Assembly: GCA_004431415.1 (NCBI GenBank)
Contig: QPMI01000280.1
Coordinates: 1-64,000, forward strand
Direction of reading: 5' to 3'
From: Cyanophora paradoxa CCMP329
Taxonomy: Eukaryota > Plantae > Glaucophyta
Length of the DNA stretch: 64,000 nucleotides
The position numbers and the translations under genes were made by a program. Of this stretch, positions 47,378 to 58,800 are shown one piece after another. Positions within the stretch are counted from its first letter, which is position 1. Each line of letters starts with the position of its first letter. The notes beneath the pieces are model-generated. The model saw only the letters and a program-made list of their open reading frames with translations, ran no database searches and had not been told where the DNA came from.

Positions 47378-47401
47378 TTCTCAGCGCGCTTGCTCTGAGA
47401 A
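47378..47401 (+). terminator. Conserved hairpin just after the small-gene stop codon (also 16385-16408, minus)
   Basis: TTCTCAG-N10-CTGAGAA lies 7-9 nt after the stop in both virus copies, and the loop bases differ between them. Confidence 0.5.
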
Positions 47402-47567
47402 GACAAAACCGCGGTAAACGCGCTAAACACCATAAATACACCTTTGAGTTATTTTTAGGTCTCCATGCGTCTCGCTAAGCAAGCCTTGCGCCAGCGCTGA
47501 TGGAGCCGCTACTTTTGTTATTTTTACATAACCCTCAAAATTCGCGATAATTGATTTTGTGGGTCGC

Positions 47568-47625
47568 CAAAAAATGACGTCAAGGTGAAAAAATGATTTA
47601 AGGATAATTTTCTTTGAATATATTA
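47568..47625 (+). promoter_or_regulatory. Candidate viral promoter AAAAAATGA ... TTAA(A/G)GA ... TATA upstream of the replicase
   Basis: CAAAAAATGACGTCA is conserved upstream of polB in both copies (copy 1 at ~16243-16257, minus). The same AAAAA(A/T)TGA motif precedes four other small viral ORFs. Confidence 0.55.
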
Positions 47626-50001
47626 AGAACGCCTAAGGATGCCTCGCGCTGTAAGTTATCGGAATGCTAAGATTCGTAAAGAAATTAGAGCGGTAAATGA
47701 TTATGGATACGCGAGTGGGTTTCTGACTGAGGAACAGTATGATGCTTTCAATTACTTTGCCTTTCAGAAAAGACCAAGGGGGAATGGATTGAATGATATC
47801 TTATATTCGATTAACGATATCATCGCACGCGGTGAAGCTCGACAGAATGCGGAAGACGAAATACGTCGTCTCGGGGCTATTGATGTCCCACAGGAACTTG
47901 TGAATCAGCGACCGGAGAGAAACACGCAGTCTCACATGACCCGGTTCAATCGCATGATGAAGATTATCAGCGACAGTATCGAAAATTCAAACAGTGAAAC
48001 GTTTTCGGTGATGTTTCTTCTCTATCGGGAAGTTACCGATGAAAACGAAAGAATACCCGAACGTCGTCGAATACCCGAAAGAGGGCGGTAAACGCTACTA
48101 TACGCCAATGAAAGGGAGAAAGGATGAATCACTACATGGGATTACTTGCAATAAAGCCACACTCATTAGATCTCTTGCACTCTCAAAAGACATTTTCCGA
48201 AAGAAGCCATGTATCCGTGAGTATGACATTAACGAATTCATCCTTATTAATTTGGAATCCGGACGTAATCAGGATCTAACATACCTTCGACATATATATA
48301 GTGATCAATACCCTTCCGTCTTAACAATCGAAAAGATCATACCAGACGGTCAAGCGAACATTATCCCGAAGGTGAATCAAATTCTACGCGAATACCAAGC
48401 CCCCATGATTTCATTCAAATATCTCGGTTATGAAATCCCGACAAATGCTAAATCATTTGCAGAACTATTCGATAGAGACGGTATATATCAGTATCGTATT
48501 AAGGCGTGCGTTTTCGATGCGCTTGTTCTTGTTTTCGCTTCCGCTTTTGAGAAGGCAAAAAAACAAGGTCGTTATGGTTCTGTCCGTTGGGATCATGCCT
48601 ATTTGTTTAAAATGGTGCATGGAAGAGATCCCGTGGATGGTGATGATTGGGGGTTATCATTAAACCAAATGATCGATAAGATATTGAAGCCTTACCGCAT
48701 TTCGCTTGTCGTTGTTGACGAAATGGACAAGATCGACCACGATTTATCTTATATTCCGATGGATTCTGAGGGAAAGCGAATAAGAAACAAGCGACTGTGT
48801 CCTTCCACTATGTATGTGAAGATTCAAAATGGACACATGTATTTGCTGAATAAGAAGGTGGAAAGTCTCATACAGTCTTTCAATGGAACTAAACCGGTTG
48901 AAAAGAAACGCCCACTTTCTTGCAGATACAAGATTAACAAGAAGTTCAATCATAGCTATTTCGCACGCAATCCTGATGATATCGCGGTAATCCTCCATTC
49001 GAAGGCAGTCGAAGATAAGACACTTATTCGTATCATGTATGGCGGCGAAGGTGGGCTTAATGCATTATACGCGTATTTCGTGGCGGTTCATAACTACATC
49101 CCCGATGCGAAGGTTTCCCTTCTAAGATCCGTTCAAGACATCAAATTTAAATACGGCGAAAAGGATGTATTGATAGTAGGGGTTTGCTCTGATGTGGATG
49201 TAGAAACGGCTTATAACATTCAGTTTGATAACGAAGAGCAACGCGACACGTTTTCGAAGTATAACCACAAATTCCGGTTATCTTTGATCAATTCCCAGCA
49301 TAAGAGCTGTTACAATGAGAACACGCGAAATGCTTTCATCATTGGTTCCCAAAGTGCATTAATCGGACGCTTTGAGGATTCAGCAGAGATCGCGAAAGAT
49401 TTAGCGGATGGTGTCCTAAAAGTAATCGAACATGACGCCATTAAATCTTACCCTTCTCATCTTAACAGTCTCGAAGAATTCCCAGTATTTAGCGAATTCG
49501 ACGATTTCAAGCAGGTAACCGTGAATTCATCGGACGAAGTCGAACCTTACAGTTTCTACTATCTGACACTGAAAAAGGGAACCTACAAGATCAAGAAAGA
49601 CACGAAAGGCAAAGAATACATTTCATATCAGTTTCCCAAGGTGAAACGTATTCTCGTAGATTCCCCATGTAATCTTCTACCCGGCTTTGTTCTAAAAGAG
49701 CATTTCGAAGATCTGAAAGACATCGTGGACATTAAAAGCGTTCTCAGACCATAACGACCTGTCAAGAACAACGTTAAACACATGATTAAACAGATCTTAG
49801 AAAGCAATTCTTGTAAGAAGCAGATTCTTGTAAGTGTTATTCTTGTAAGTGTTATTGGAATGCTCGGTAAACAGAAAAACCAAAAGTTCAGAACTAAGAC
49901 ATTCTTTAACAAATCCGACGCTTATGATTACGCTAAGAAGCATGGCGGGGAGGTGAAGTTACTTTATTTGGGTAAGCAGGAACAGACCGAGGAGTTCTAC
50001 G

Positions 50002-53000
50002 GTTTTTTTGGAAAGTCTGCTCCATTCGTACACACATGACAGCAGTCCCCCGCTCCGCGCCTACCGGATACTGGGAAAGCCAAGCTACACTGAGGAAAAG
50101 GGCGAGCTCGGTTCTATAGCTTGTTGTCGTAGTCGAGCTGATGCTGAAGCTGTAGCCGTCAGGTCGCCCCCAACACATAATATGCGCCGGTCCTCAAGTA
50201 GGAGGCGTAGGCATGCTGAGCTACACGGTCCTAGATGCCCTCTTGCTGGTTCTAAAACATGGCCGCGGGTCGCTCGTGAAGGGGGGAGTTGAGAGAGGAG
50301 GTGGGGAGGGAGAGATGGGAGGGTAGGTTCAGGTTGTTGCGCTGGGTCTTGGATCGCGCCGCCCAAGTCCACGGGTGCGGCGGGGTGTTGGGAGCAGGGC
50401 GTCGCTGGCCGAACGTGAGGAGCCGAAGCTCCTAAACCTCGGCCTTACGGGCCCGCTGGGCCCTGCCGACGCCGCGTTCGAGTCTCCTCCAGCTGGGCCT
50501 CCTCCCGCTCCCGTCGCCGCCGTGGGGTCCTGAGCGGGCGCGTCCTTACCTATGCGCGCACCCTCGTCCTAGCCCGCCCCCCCCCCACTCCGAACCCCCC
50601 CCCCCCCTCTTCCTATCTATATTGCAGGAGGACGAAGGCAAAAAACTTCCAAAAAGGCCTTCGCGTTCACATTAGGGGCTGAGCCCGGGGAGGAGAACAT
50701 CAGTTCCAGGCTAGGGGCACAACCCCATGAAATCTACTGTTGTAGACGTGAAAGTTCATTCGACTGAAAGAAAAGATTGTCCAAAGAAAGGAAGGATAGC
50801 TAGAGAAAGGGTCTCCTGCACAGGAGAGGAAAGGAGCTAGCTGCTCGATAGCTCCGGGCGGCCGTGAGCCGGAGCCTCCCGCCTTCGAGGCTACGCTGCC
50901 TGGTTGAGGTAGCGTTTGGCCGCCTTGTTGGCGGCGATCTCCGCGGCCTTCTGGGCGAGCCGGCGCTTGCTCTCGCGGCCGGTCTGCTGGCGCGGGGCTG
51001 GCGGGGCCGGCATCATGCCGGCGGCAGCGGCGGCGGCGGCGGCTTCGCGCTCAGCCGCACGGCGCTCGTTGCGACGCATCTGCGGGCAGCGGGGTCGGTC
51101 ATTCCGAAGGAGACGGGCGGGCGCGCTGGGCTCGCCTCGGACGGAGACTGGTGCCGGTGGACCGGGCGTTGCATGTCGAGGAGGCTGAAGCGGCGGACCG
51201 CGCTGCTCGTGGTGCTGACGGAGGCGGCGGACACGACGGAGGCGCGGTCGTCGTCGTCGCTGTCGGTGTCAGCGTCGGCGTTGACGGCGGCGCGCGTGCG
51301 CGCAAGGTCCGTCCGGAAGGTGTCAGTGGCGGAGCGCGCGGCGGCCGCCCGAGCCGCTTCGGCGGCCGCTTTCGCCACCGCGGAGCCCACGGGCGCGCCG
51401 CAGACACGCACTGCCTTGGCGGCCGCGTAGTCGGCGGTCTTTTTGATGAAGTCGTCTTGCGCCTTGGGGCACTTCCCGGTTCGCCCAGGGGTGGCCGTAC
51501 GGGTCGTCCATGATGCAGCACGCCTGTAACGGAGTGAGTGTGCGCGAGTTCGCGACGCATAGACGCGGCGGGGCGTCGCGCGTACCGAGGTACAGATGAT
51601 GCCGAGAGGCTCGCCGGCGGGCGCCGGAATGAGACGGAAGCGGATGTCGAGCGGGTTGAGGCCGCCGACACGCCAGCGAGGCCGGGAGTTGCCCAGCGGG
51701 TGCGCAGCAAAGAAAGAAGAGTTGACGTAGCGCTCGAAGTCCGGGTTGCGGAGGACGAGGCGGAGGGCGAAGGGCGCCTGCGAGGTCGATTCGACGTAGA
51801 AGATCTCCCAGTGGTGGATGTTCTCCACGCCACAGTGGCGGAGAAAGTGCACGACCTGGGGGCGCGCCCGTCAGGCGTCGGCGTGGGTGCACGCGTACGC
51901 GGGCACGTGGGGCGGTGCGCGCACCAGCGAGCCGTCCGGGCGGCGGCCCTTGGGGGCGGTCATTAGCAGCACGATGGCGTCCTTGGGGTACTCGCTGAGC
52001 GGGAACCGTTGTTCCCCGGTCGCCGTTACGTCACGGATGCAGACCTGATGCTCGCTTTCAAGGATCGCGTAGTCCTTCGACATTGCCAGGAGCACGTCCG
52101 CGTACTGCCCGAACAGATTCTCGTCAGCTTAAGAGACCGGGTGCGAGGTGTGGGCGCCATCAGGTGCGCACCTTGCGAGGCATGGCAGCGAAGAGGACGG
52201 GGCGGGCGTTGAGCCGCTCCTGGCGGTCTTGCGCGAAAGTCGAGGCCTCGTATCCGATGCCGAGGATCGCGTTCTGGACCTCCACCGGGTCCGGACGCGG
52301 GAGCTTCGCGGAGGTGAAGGCGTTGACGATGAACGACGTCACCTTTTCCTTGCACTCCTCATGGCGGATGTGCGTGTGCTGGTCCGTTTTCTTCTCGCCG
52401 CGGCCGTCTGCAAGAGAGGGGCGACGGCAGGGTAAGGCACGTGCGCGCAGGGCTCCGCAGCGCGGCGGGGCGTACAGAGAGGCGGCATGCCGTGGAACGC
52501 GAGTGTCGGGTTCTCGCGGTCCTCGATGAGAATAGTGGACTCGAAGTGAATCCTGAGCAAGGGTGGAGTGAGAGGCGGTGAGCGCGCGCACGGGTGCGAG
52601 CACGTGCACCGGTCATTGTTGAGGTCCCGAATGTCGAGCTCTCGCAGCTCCTCTATCGTCTTGTAAACGGCGGCCTTGTCGTCGAGCTGCCGCACGCAGA
52701 AGGCGAAGGTGTTGGACACCGGGTAGTTCTCCGTGACCACGACCTTGCTGGCAAGGCCGTGTAGCTTGAGCTGTTGCTCGAGGTGAAGCATGATCTCCCG
52801 CTTGGACGGGTCGCGGTTCTGGAAGTTGCAGCCGGGAATGAAAGGCTTGCACGCTTCCTTGTAGGCGAACAGTGCCGCATTGTAGGACTGGAGTCGGGAC
52901 TCGGCTGTCTTGCCGTAGGGAACAACTTCGGTGTAGCCGGCCTGTGCCGACGAGTTCGCCGGGTTTATCGGAGCTGGTAGTCCCGACGGCGGGGCCGGTC

Positions 53001-53273
53001 CATCGGTCATCATTTCGTCCGAGCTCGAGGAGCGCGAGTTCGTCGATGAGGAAGCAGGGCGAGGTGTCTGTCCGGGCACGCCTGGCTTGACGCCCAGCGA
53101 GCCGATGCCGGGAATCTGGGGAAAGTGTCGGCCGACCGTCGCAGCGGGCACCGCCGCGGTCCGGCACGCACCAGAGATGCAGTGGACATCGGGAGAGGCT
53201 CTGACGAGCAGCAGGGACGCCTATGCGGCGCGACGACCTTGCGGTCGTGAACTTTCCGGGTACCGGAAAGTCC
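50002..53273 (-). mobile_element. 3.27-kb GC-rich insertion with an 18-19-bp TSD, oligo-A 3' end and an intron-containing gene; no RT or transposase seen
   Basis: Direct repeat CAGACCGAGGAGTTCTACG at 49983-50001 and 53274-53292. T7 at 50003-50009. The PolB frame (QEQTEEFY|DEYEDP) resumes after the insert. Confidence 0.88.
50891..53189 (-). CDS. Spliced gene of unknown function, possibly ORF1/gag-like; predicted introns 53116-53171, 52553-52609, 52408-52475, 52105-52171, 51856-51924, 51524-51585
   Basis: ATG 53189 (MSTASL|IPGIG). GT-AG introns of 56-69 bp, most with CTGAC/CTCAC-like branch sites, connect the track ORFs in frame. A Cys/His cluster CTS|ACC...GH..C lies near 51470-51590. The 3' end is uncertain. 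Confidence 0.6.
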
Positions 53274-55069
53274 CAGACCGAGGAGTTCTACGACGAATAC
53301 GAAGACCCACAGGTAATGTGTGATGAGTTGGACATTAAGGTTCCGCACGTGTGGTATGTTATCAAAGTTGAGGATAAGTTACTTATCGATGGGTTCCTTC
53401 CAATTCAGTGTATGATTTATTCCATGCAGCGCATGCGTCTTTACGAAAAGTGCAAGGAATTAAAGGGGATTGTTGGAGCTATTAAGGTTGATGCGGTCTA
53501 CGAACTAATCGATGAAGGCGAAAAAGTCGATTACATCACGCTCGACCGAACCAAATATGAGAATATTGGAAAGTTCACCAGCAAGCCCATTAATTCCAAG
53601 GATTACCACAAAAAGGTGTATCAGAACAAAGGGAAGAACTCAAACGGTAACATCCGATTTTGCAAGCCTGAGAGAATGAAGGATTTCGTCCAAACGCACA
53701 CATGGGAATGCAAAACTTACACTGTTGCGGATGAATTTAGCACCCAGTCCATCTGTGATTTGATGCATAACGGTAAGAATCGGATCGTGAAGGCTCTTTA
53801 TCCGGGAGGCGGAAAATCGACCGCTTGTTTCGCAGTGACCAAAGCATTTCTCAAAAACCCCGCGTTCATTGTTCCTTTCAATAAGCGTGTTAAGGAATTG
53901 AAGACTGAAAATGGGTTTACGAATGTGTTCACCATTCATGATGCTTTCAATCTCAGGGTAGATAACAACGATATGGACGATGTCGTAGGTATTAATGTGC
54001 GGAAGTTAGAGGCTCACGATTGTTTCGTAATTGATGAAGGGTATCAGTGGACTATTCCGCAACTTGCCGCGCTTAAACATGTTATGACGGTTGCGTCCCC
54101 GGAGAAGACATATATAATCAATGGTGACCCTACACAGAATCCACCTATTCAGTTCCTAAGCGTGGATCGAACAGCTCTTTTCGTGTAAGTTGGAACTTCT
54201 AATAGACAAGCGCCATGTTTTGCCGGAGGATCGGGAAATGATCAAGGAGATGAAGAAAGACCTTATCGAAGGTGATATGGAGGTTTCCGCGATGATTCAG
54301 AAATATAAGTTTCAAGTTGTTCACCCCGACGAATTGCAACCGGGCGATAAGATTATTACTTACACGAACCGGAAAGCCGCACAGATGAATGCTTTCATAC
54401 ACCGTAAAAAAATGGTAAAGATGCTCCGACTCATTTCAAAGGTCTCGAAATCGTCGCAAGGCATCGAATCACCAAAGGGAAGACGGTAGACGGTGAGCGC
54501 GTTATGATCCATAATGGATTCTCGTATATTATCGAAAAGATCGACGAAACCACACTTACGATTTCGGATTACGCGGATCGAAACATAGTAATCACGCTTC
54601 CCTATGATTGCATTCAGAGCTTCTCGTTTCCGCATGCTAATACCTGTCACGTTGCGCAAGGCGACACCATTAAAAATTCTCGTGTTGCGATCTGTGAAAC
54701 GAGTTCTCCTTACGTTAATAAATATTGGTTTTGGGTAGCCATTACACGAACGCCGTATTTAAAAGACACGGTTATTTGCGTGGATGAAAGCGAAATATTC
54801 AATATGGGTGCGTTCAAAACCCGAATGCATCGATCTATTCAGGGATACAAGCAACAAGACCAGAAGGCAGAGCGACCTTATGATGAATCCCAGTATGTTA
54901 CATACGAATGGATCAAGCAAAGGATGGGTAAACAATTTGGGTTCTGTTCAAGATGCTACCAAATCATGGATCTCGAAGAAGTTTCGGTAGATCGTGAAAA
55001 TAACGCAGTCGCTCATGTGATAGGGAATATTTCCCTCTCTCATATTAGTTGTAACTGTGCCGCGCAGTA

Positions 55070-55800
55070 ATGGATACCGTCTTATCTTACAAGAAATACC
55101 GGCAGAAGTTGATAAATGAAGGTGTGAGTTTTGATGAAGCGAAATTAAAACAGCAGTTTGCAAATTCGGAATTACAACAAATTTTTAAAAAACCCCAGAA
55201 ACCTTAAACGTTTTTAAGTATCGTAGCTAATCCCCGTTCATTCCAAGTAGATATTATGTTTTTTAGAGGATTCCAAACAGCAAACAGAGGAATGGGAGAG
55301 GCGCTTACGTTTATTGAAATTCTTAGTCGAAAAGCGTTTGTTTATCCTTTTAAAGACTCTTCCGAAATTCGCGATATATTAGATAGATTCAAACGGGATG
55401 CGGGAAGAGTTGTAGGATTGGCGGGAGATAATGAGTTTAGCAATGCAGTTTATCGGGAATGGTGCAGTGCGAATGGCGTAGAACTTTACACAGATGTAGC
55501 AAAAGACGACCATGTAACAGTTGGTAATAAGTTAGGTATCATAGATAGATTCACAAGGACTTTTAAGCAATATCTGAGAAAGGCGATGGTTGCAAAAAGG
55601 GACAAGTAAATGGCTCGATTTAGTAGGCGATGTTTTAAACACTTATAATACATCTCCTCATTCTTCTTTGAAGAACGACACACCAAACAACGTATACAGT
55701 AATGACCAAAAACAATTATACATTTACCTACGTGACAAAGTGCATAATGAAAGATTGACACAGAAAGAAGTGGGAGACGTCAAACCGGGCGATACAGTTA
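55070..55800 (+). pseudogene. rve integrase (copy 2), with an internal stop, a frameshift and 3' truncation by satellite
   Basis: MDTVLSYKKYRQKL...FQVDIMF, AGDNEF, GIIDRFTRTFK, YNTSPHSSL. It ends at PGDTVR, where the 124-bp satellite begins. Confidence 0.9.
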
Positions 55801-58800
55801 GAAGAAAGATGCGCTTCACATCTCTCTGGGAGAATATGCACAAGGCGCTAGCCTTAGGCAGATTACTCTTCCAACCAGCAAGTCACGCAGTCAGAGGCTG
55901 CAGGTTTCCGATCTGCCAGAAAAAAGAAGAAGGATGCACTTCAAATCTCTCTGGGGGAATATGCACAAGGCGCTAGCCTTAGGCAGATTACTCTTCCAAC
56001 CAGCAAGTCACCCAGTCAGAGGCCGCAGGTTTCCAATCTGCCAGAAAATAGAAGAAGGATGCACCCCAAATCTCTCTGGGGGAATATGCACAAGGCGCTA
56101 GCCTTAGGCGAATGACCCACCCACCAGCAAGTCACTCAGTTGAAGGCCCCAGGTTTCCGATCTGCCACAAAATAGAAGAGAGAGATGCACCCCAAATCTC
56201 TCTGGGGGAATATGCACAAGGCGCTAGCCTTAGGCAGATGACCCACCCACCAGCAAGTCACTCAGTTGAAGGCCCCAGGTTTCTGATCCGCCACAAAATA
56301 GAAGAAAGATGCACTTCAAATCTCTCTGGGGGAATATGCACAAGGCGCTAGCCTTAGGCAGATGACCCACCCACCAGCAAGTCACTCAGTTGAAGGCCCC
56401 AGGTTTCCGATCTGCCAGAAAATAGAAGAAAGATGCACCCCAAATCTCTCTGGGGGAATATGCACAAGGCGCTAGCCTTAGGCAGATGACCCACCCACCA
56501 GCAAGTCACTCAGTCGAAGGCCGCAGGTTTCCGATCTGCCACAAAATAGAAGAAAGATGCACCCCAAATCTCTCTGGGGGAATATGCACAAGGCTCTAGC
56601 CTTAGGCAAATGACCCACCCACCAGCAAGTCACTCAGTCGAAGGCCCCAGGTTTCTGATCTGCCACAAAATAGAAGAAAGATGCACCCCAAATCTCTCTG
56701 GGGGAATATGCACAAGGCGCTAGCCTTAGGCAAATGACCCACCCACCAGCAAGTCACTCAGTCAGAGGCCCCAGGTTTCCGATCTGCCAGAAAATAGAAG
56801 AAGGATGCACTTCAAATCTCTCTGGGGGAATATGCACAAGGCGCTGGCCTTAGGCAGATGACCCACCCACCAGCAAGTCACTCAGTCGAAGGCCTCAGGT
56901 TTCCGATCTGCCACAAAATAGAAGAAAGATGCGCTTCACATCTCTCTGGGAGAATATGCACAAGGCGCTAGCCTTAGGCAGATTACTCTTCCAACCAGCA
57001 AGTCACCCAGTCAGAGGCTGCAGGTTTCCGATCTGCCAGAAAAAAGAAGAAGGATGCACTTCAAATCTCTCTGGGGGAATATGCACAAGGCGCTAGCCTT
57101 AGGCAGATTACTCTTCCAACCAGCAAGTCACCCAGTCAGAGGCCGCAGGTTTCCGATCTGCCAGAAAATAGAAGAAGGATGCACTTCAAATCTCTCTGGG
57201 GGAATATGCACAAGGCTCTAGCCTTAGGCGAATGACCCACCCACCAGCAAGTCACTCAGTTGAAGGCCCCAGGTTTCCGATCTGCCACAAAATAGAAGAA
57301 AGATGCACCCCAAATCTCTCTGGGGGAATATGCACAAGGCGCTGGCCTTAGGCAGATGACCCACCCACCAGCAAGTCACTCAGTTGAAGGCCCCAGGTTT
57401 CTGATCCGCCACAAAATAGAAGAAAGATGCACTTCAAATTTCTCTGGGGGAATATGCACAAGGCTCTAGCCTTAGGCAGATGACCCACCCACCAGCAAGT
57501 CACTCAGTTGAAGGCCCCAGGTTTCCGATCTGCCACAAAATAGAAGAAAGATGCACCCCAAATCTCTCTGGGGGAATATGCACAAGGCGCTAGCCTTAGG
57601 CAGATGACCCACCCACCAGCAAGTCACTCAGTCGAAGGCCCCAGGTTTCCGATCTGCCACAAAATAGAAGAAAGATGCACCCCAAATCTCTCTGGGGGAA
57701 TATGCACAAGGCTCTAGCCTTAGGCAAATGACCCACCCACCAGCAAGTCACTCAGTCGAAGGCCCCAGGTTTCTGATCTGCCACAAAATAGAAGAAGGAT
57801 GCACCCCAAATCTCTCTGGGGGAATATGCACCAGGCGCTAGCCTTAGGCGAATGACCCACCCACCAGCAAGTCACTCAGTCAGAGGCCCCAGGTTTCCGA
57901 TCTGCCACAACATAGATGAAGAATGCACCCCAAATCTCTCTGGGGGAATATGCACAAGGCGCTAGCCTTAGGCAGATTACTCTTCCAACCAGCAAGTCAC
58001 TCAGTTGAAGGCCCCAGGTTTCCGATCTGCCACAAAATAGAAGAAAGATGCACCCCAAATCTCTCTGGGGGAATATGCACAAGGCGCTAGCCTTAGGCAG
58101 ATGATCCACCCACCAGCAAGTCACGCAGTCAGAGGCTGCAGGTTTCCGATCTGCCAGAAAATAGAAGAAGGATGCACTTCAAATCTCTCTGGGGGAATAT
58201 GCACAAGGCGCTGGCCTTAGGCAGATTACTCTTCCAACCAGCAAGTCACCCAGTCAGAGGCCGCAGGTTTCCAATCTGCCAGAAAATAGAAGAAAGATGC
58301 ACCCCAAATCTCTCTGGGGGAATATGCACAAGGCTCTAGCCTTAGGCGAATGACCCACCCACCAGCAAGTCACTCAGTTGAAGGCCCCAGGTTTCCGATC
58401 TGCCACAAAATAGAAGAAAGATGCACCCCAAATCTCTCTGGGGGAATATGCACAAGGCGCTAGCCTTAGGCAGATGACCCACCCACCAGCAAGTCACTCA
58501 GTTGAAGGCCCCAGGTTTCTGATCTGCCACAAAATAGAACGCAGATGCACCCCAAATCTCTCTGGGGGAATATGCACAAGGCGCTAGCCTTAGGCAGATG
58601 ACCCACCCACCAGCAAGTCACTCAGTTGAAGGCCCCAGGTTTCCGATCTGCCACAAAATAGAAGAAAGATGCACCCCAAATCTCTCTGGGGGAATATGCA
58701 CAAGGCTCTAGCCTTTGGAAGATGACCCACCAACCAGCAAGTCACTCAGTTGAAGGCCCCAGGTTTCCGATCTGCCAGAAAATAGAAGAAGGATGCACTT

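Larger units (their letters stand above)
47639..55070 (+). pseudogene. polB: Disrupted PolB-SF1 helicase-HNH replicase (copy 2)
   Basis: MPRAVS start; ACVFD...NGHMYLL; IEHDAIKSYP; KKQILVSVIGMLGK; AIKVDAVY; PGGGKS; VIDEG; GDPTQNPP; TCHVAQGDT; SHISCNCAAQ*. Lesions: frameshift near 48060, stop at 49752, a 15-bp duplication near 49824, insertion 50002-53273 and further breaks at 54180-54500. Confidence 0.88.
32209..55800 (+). mobile_element. Endogenous Polinton-like virus copy 2, interrupted by a Helitron (33913-45019) and a 3.27-kb insertion (50002-53273); right end truncated by satellite
   Basis: Starts AGCTGAGCT exactly where Gypsy homology ends. AT-rich segments hold an ATPase remnant, penton, PolB-helicase and integrase syntenic with copy 1. 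That 32209-33912 and 45020-55800 are one element is inferred. Confidence 0.75.
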
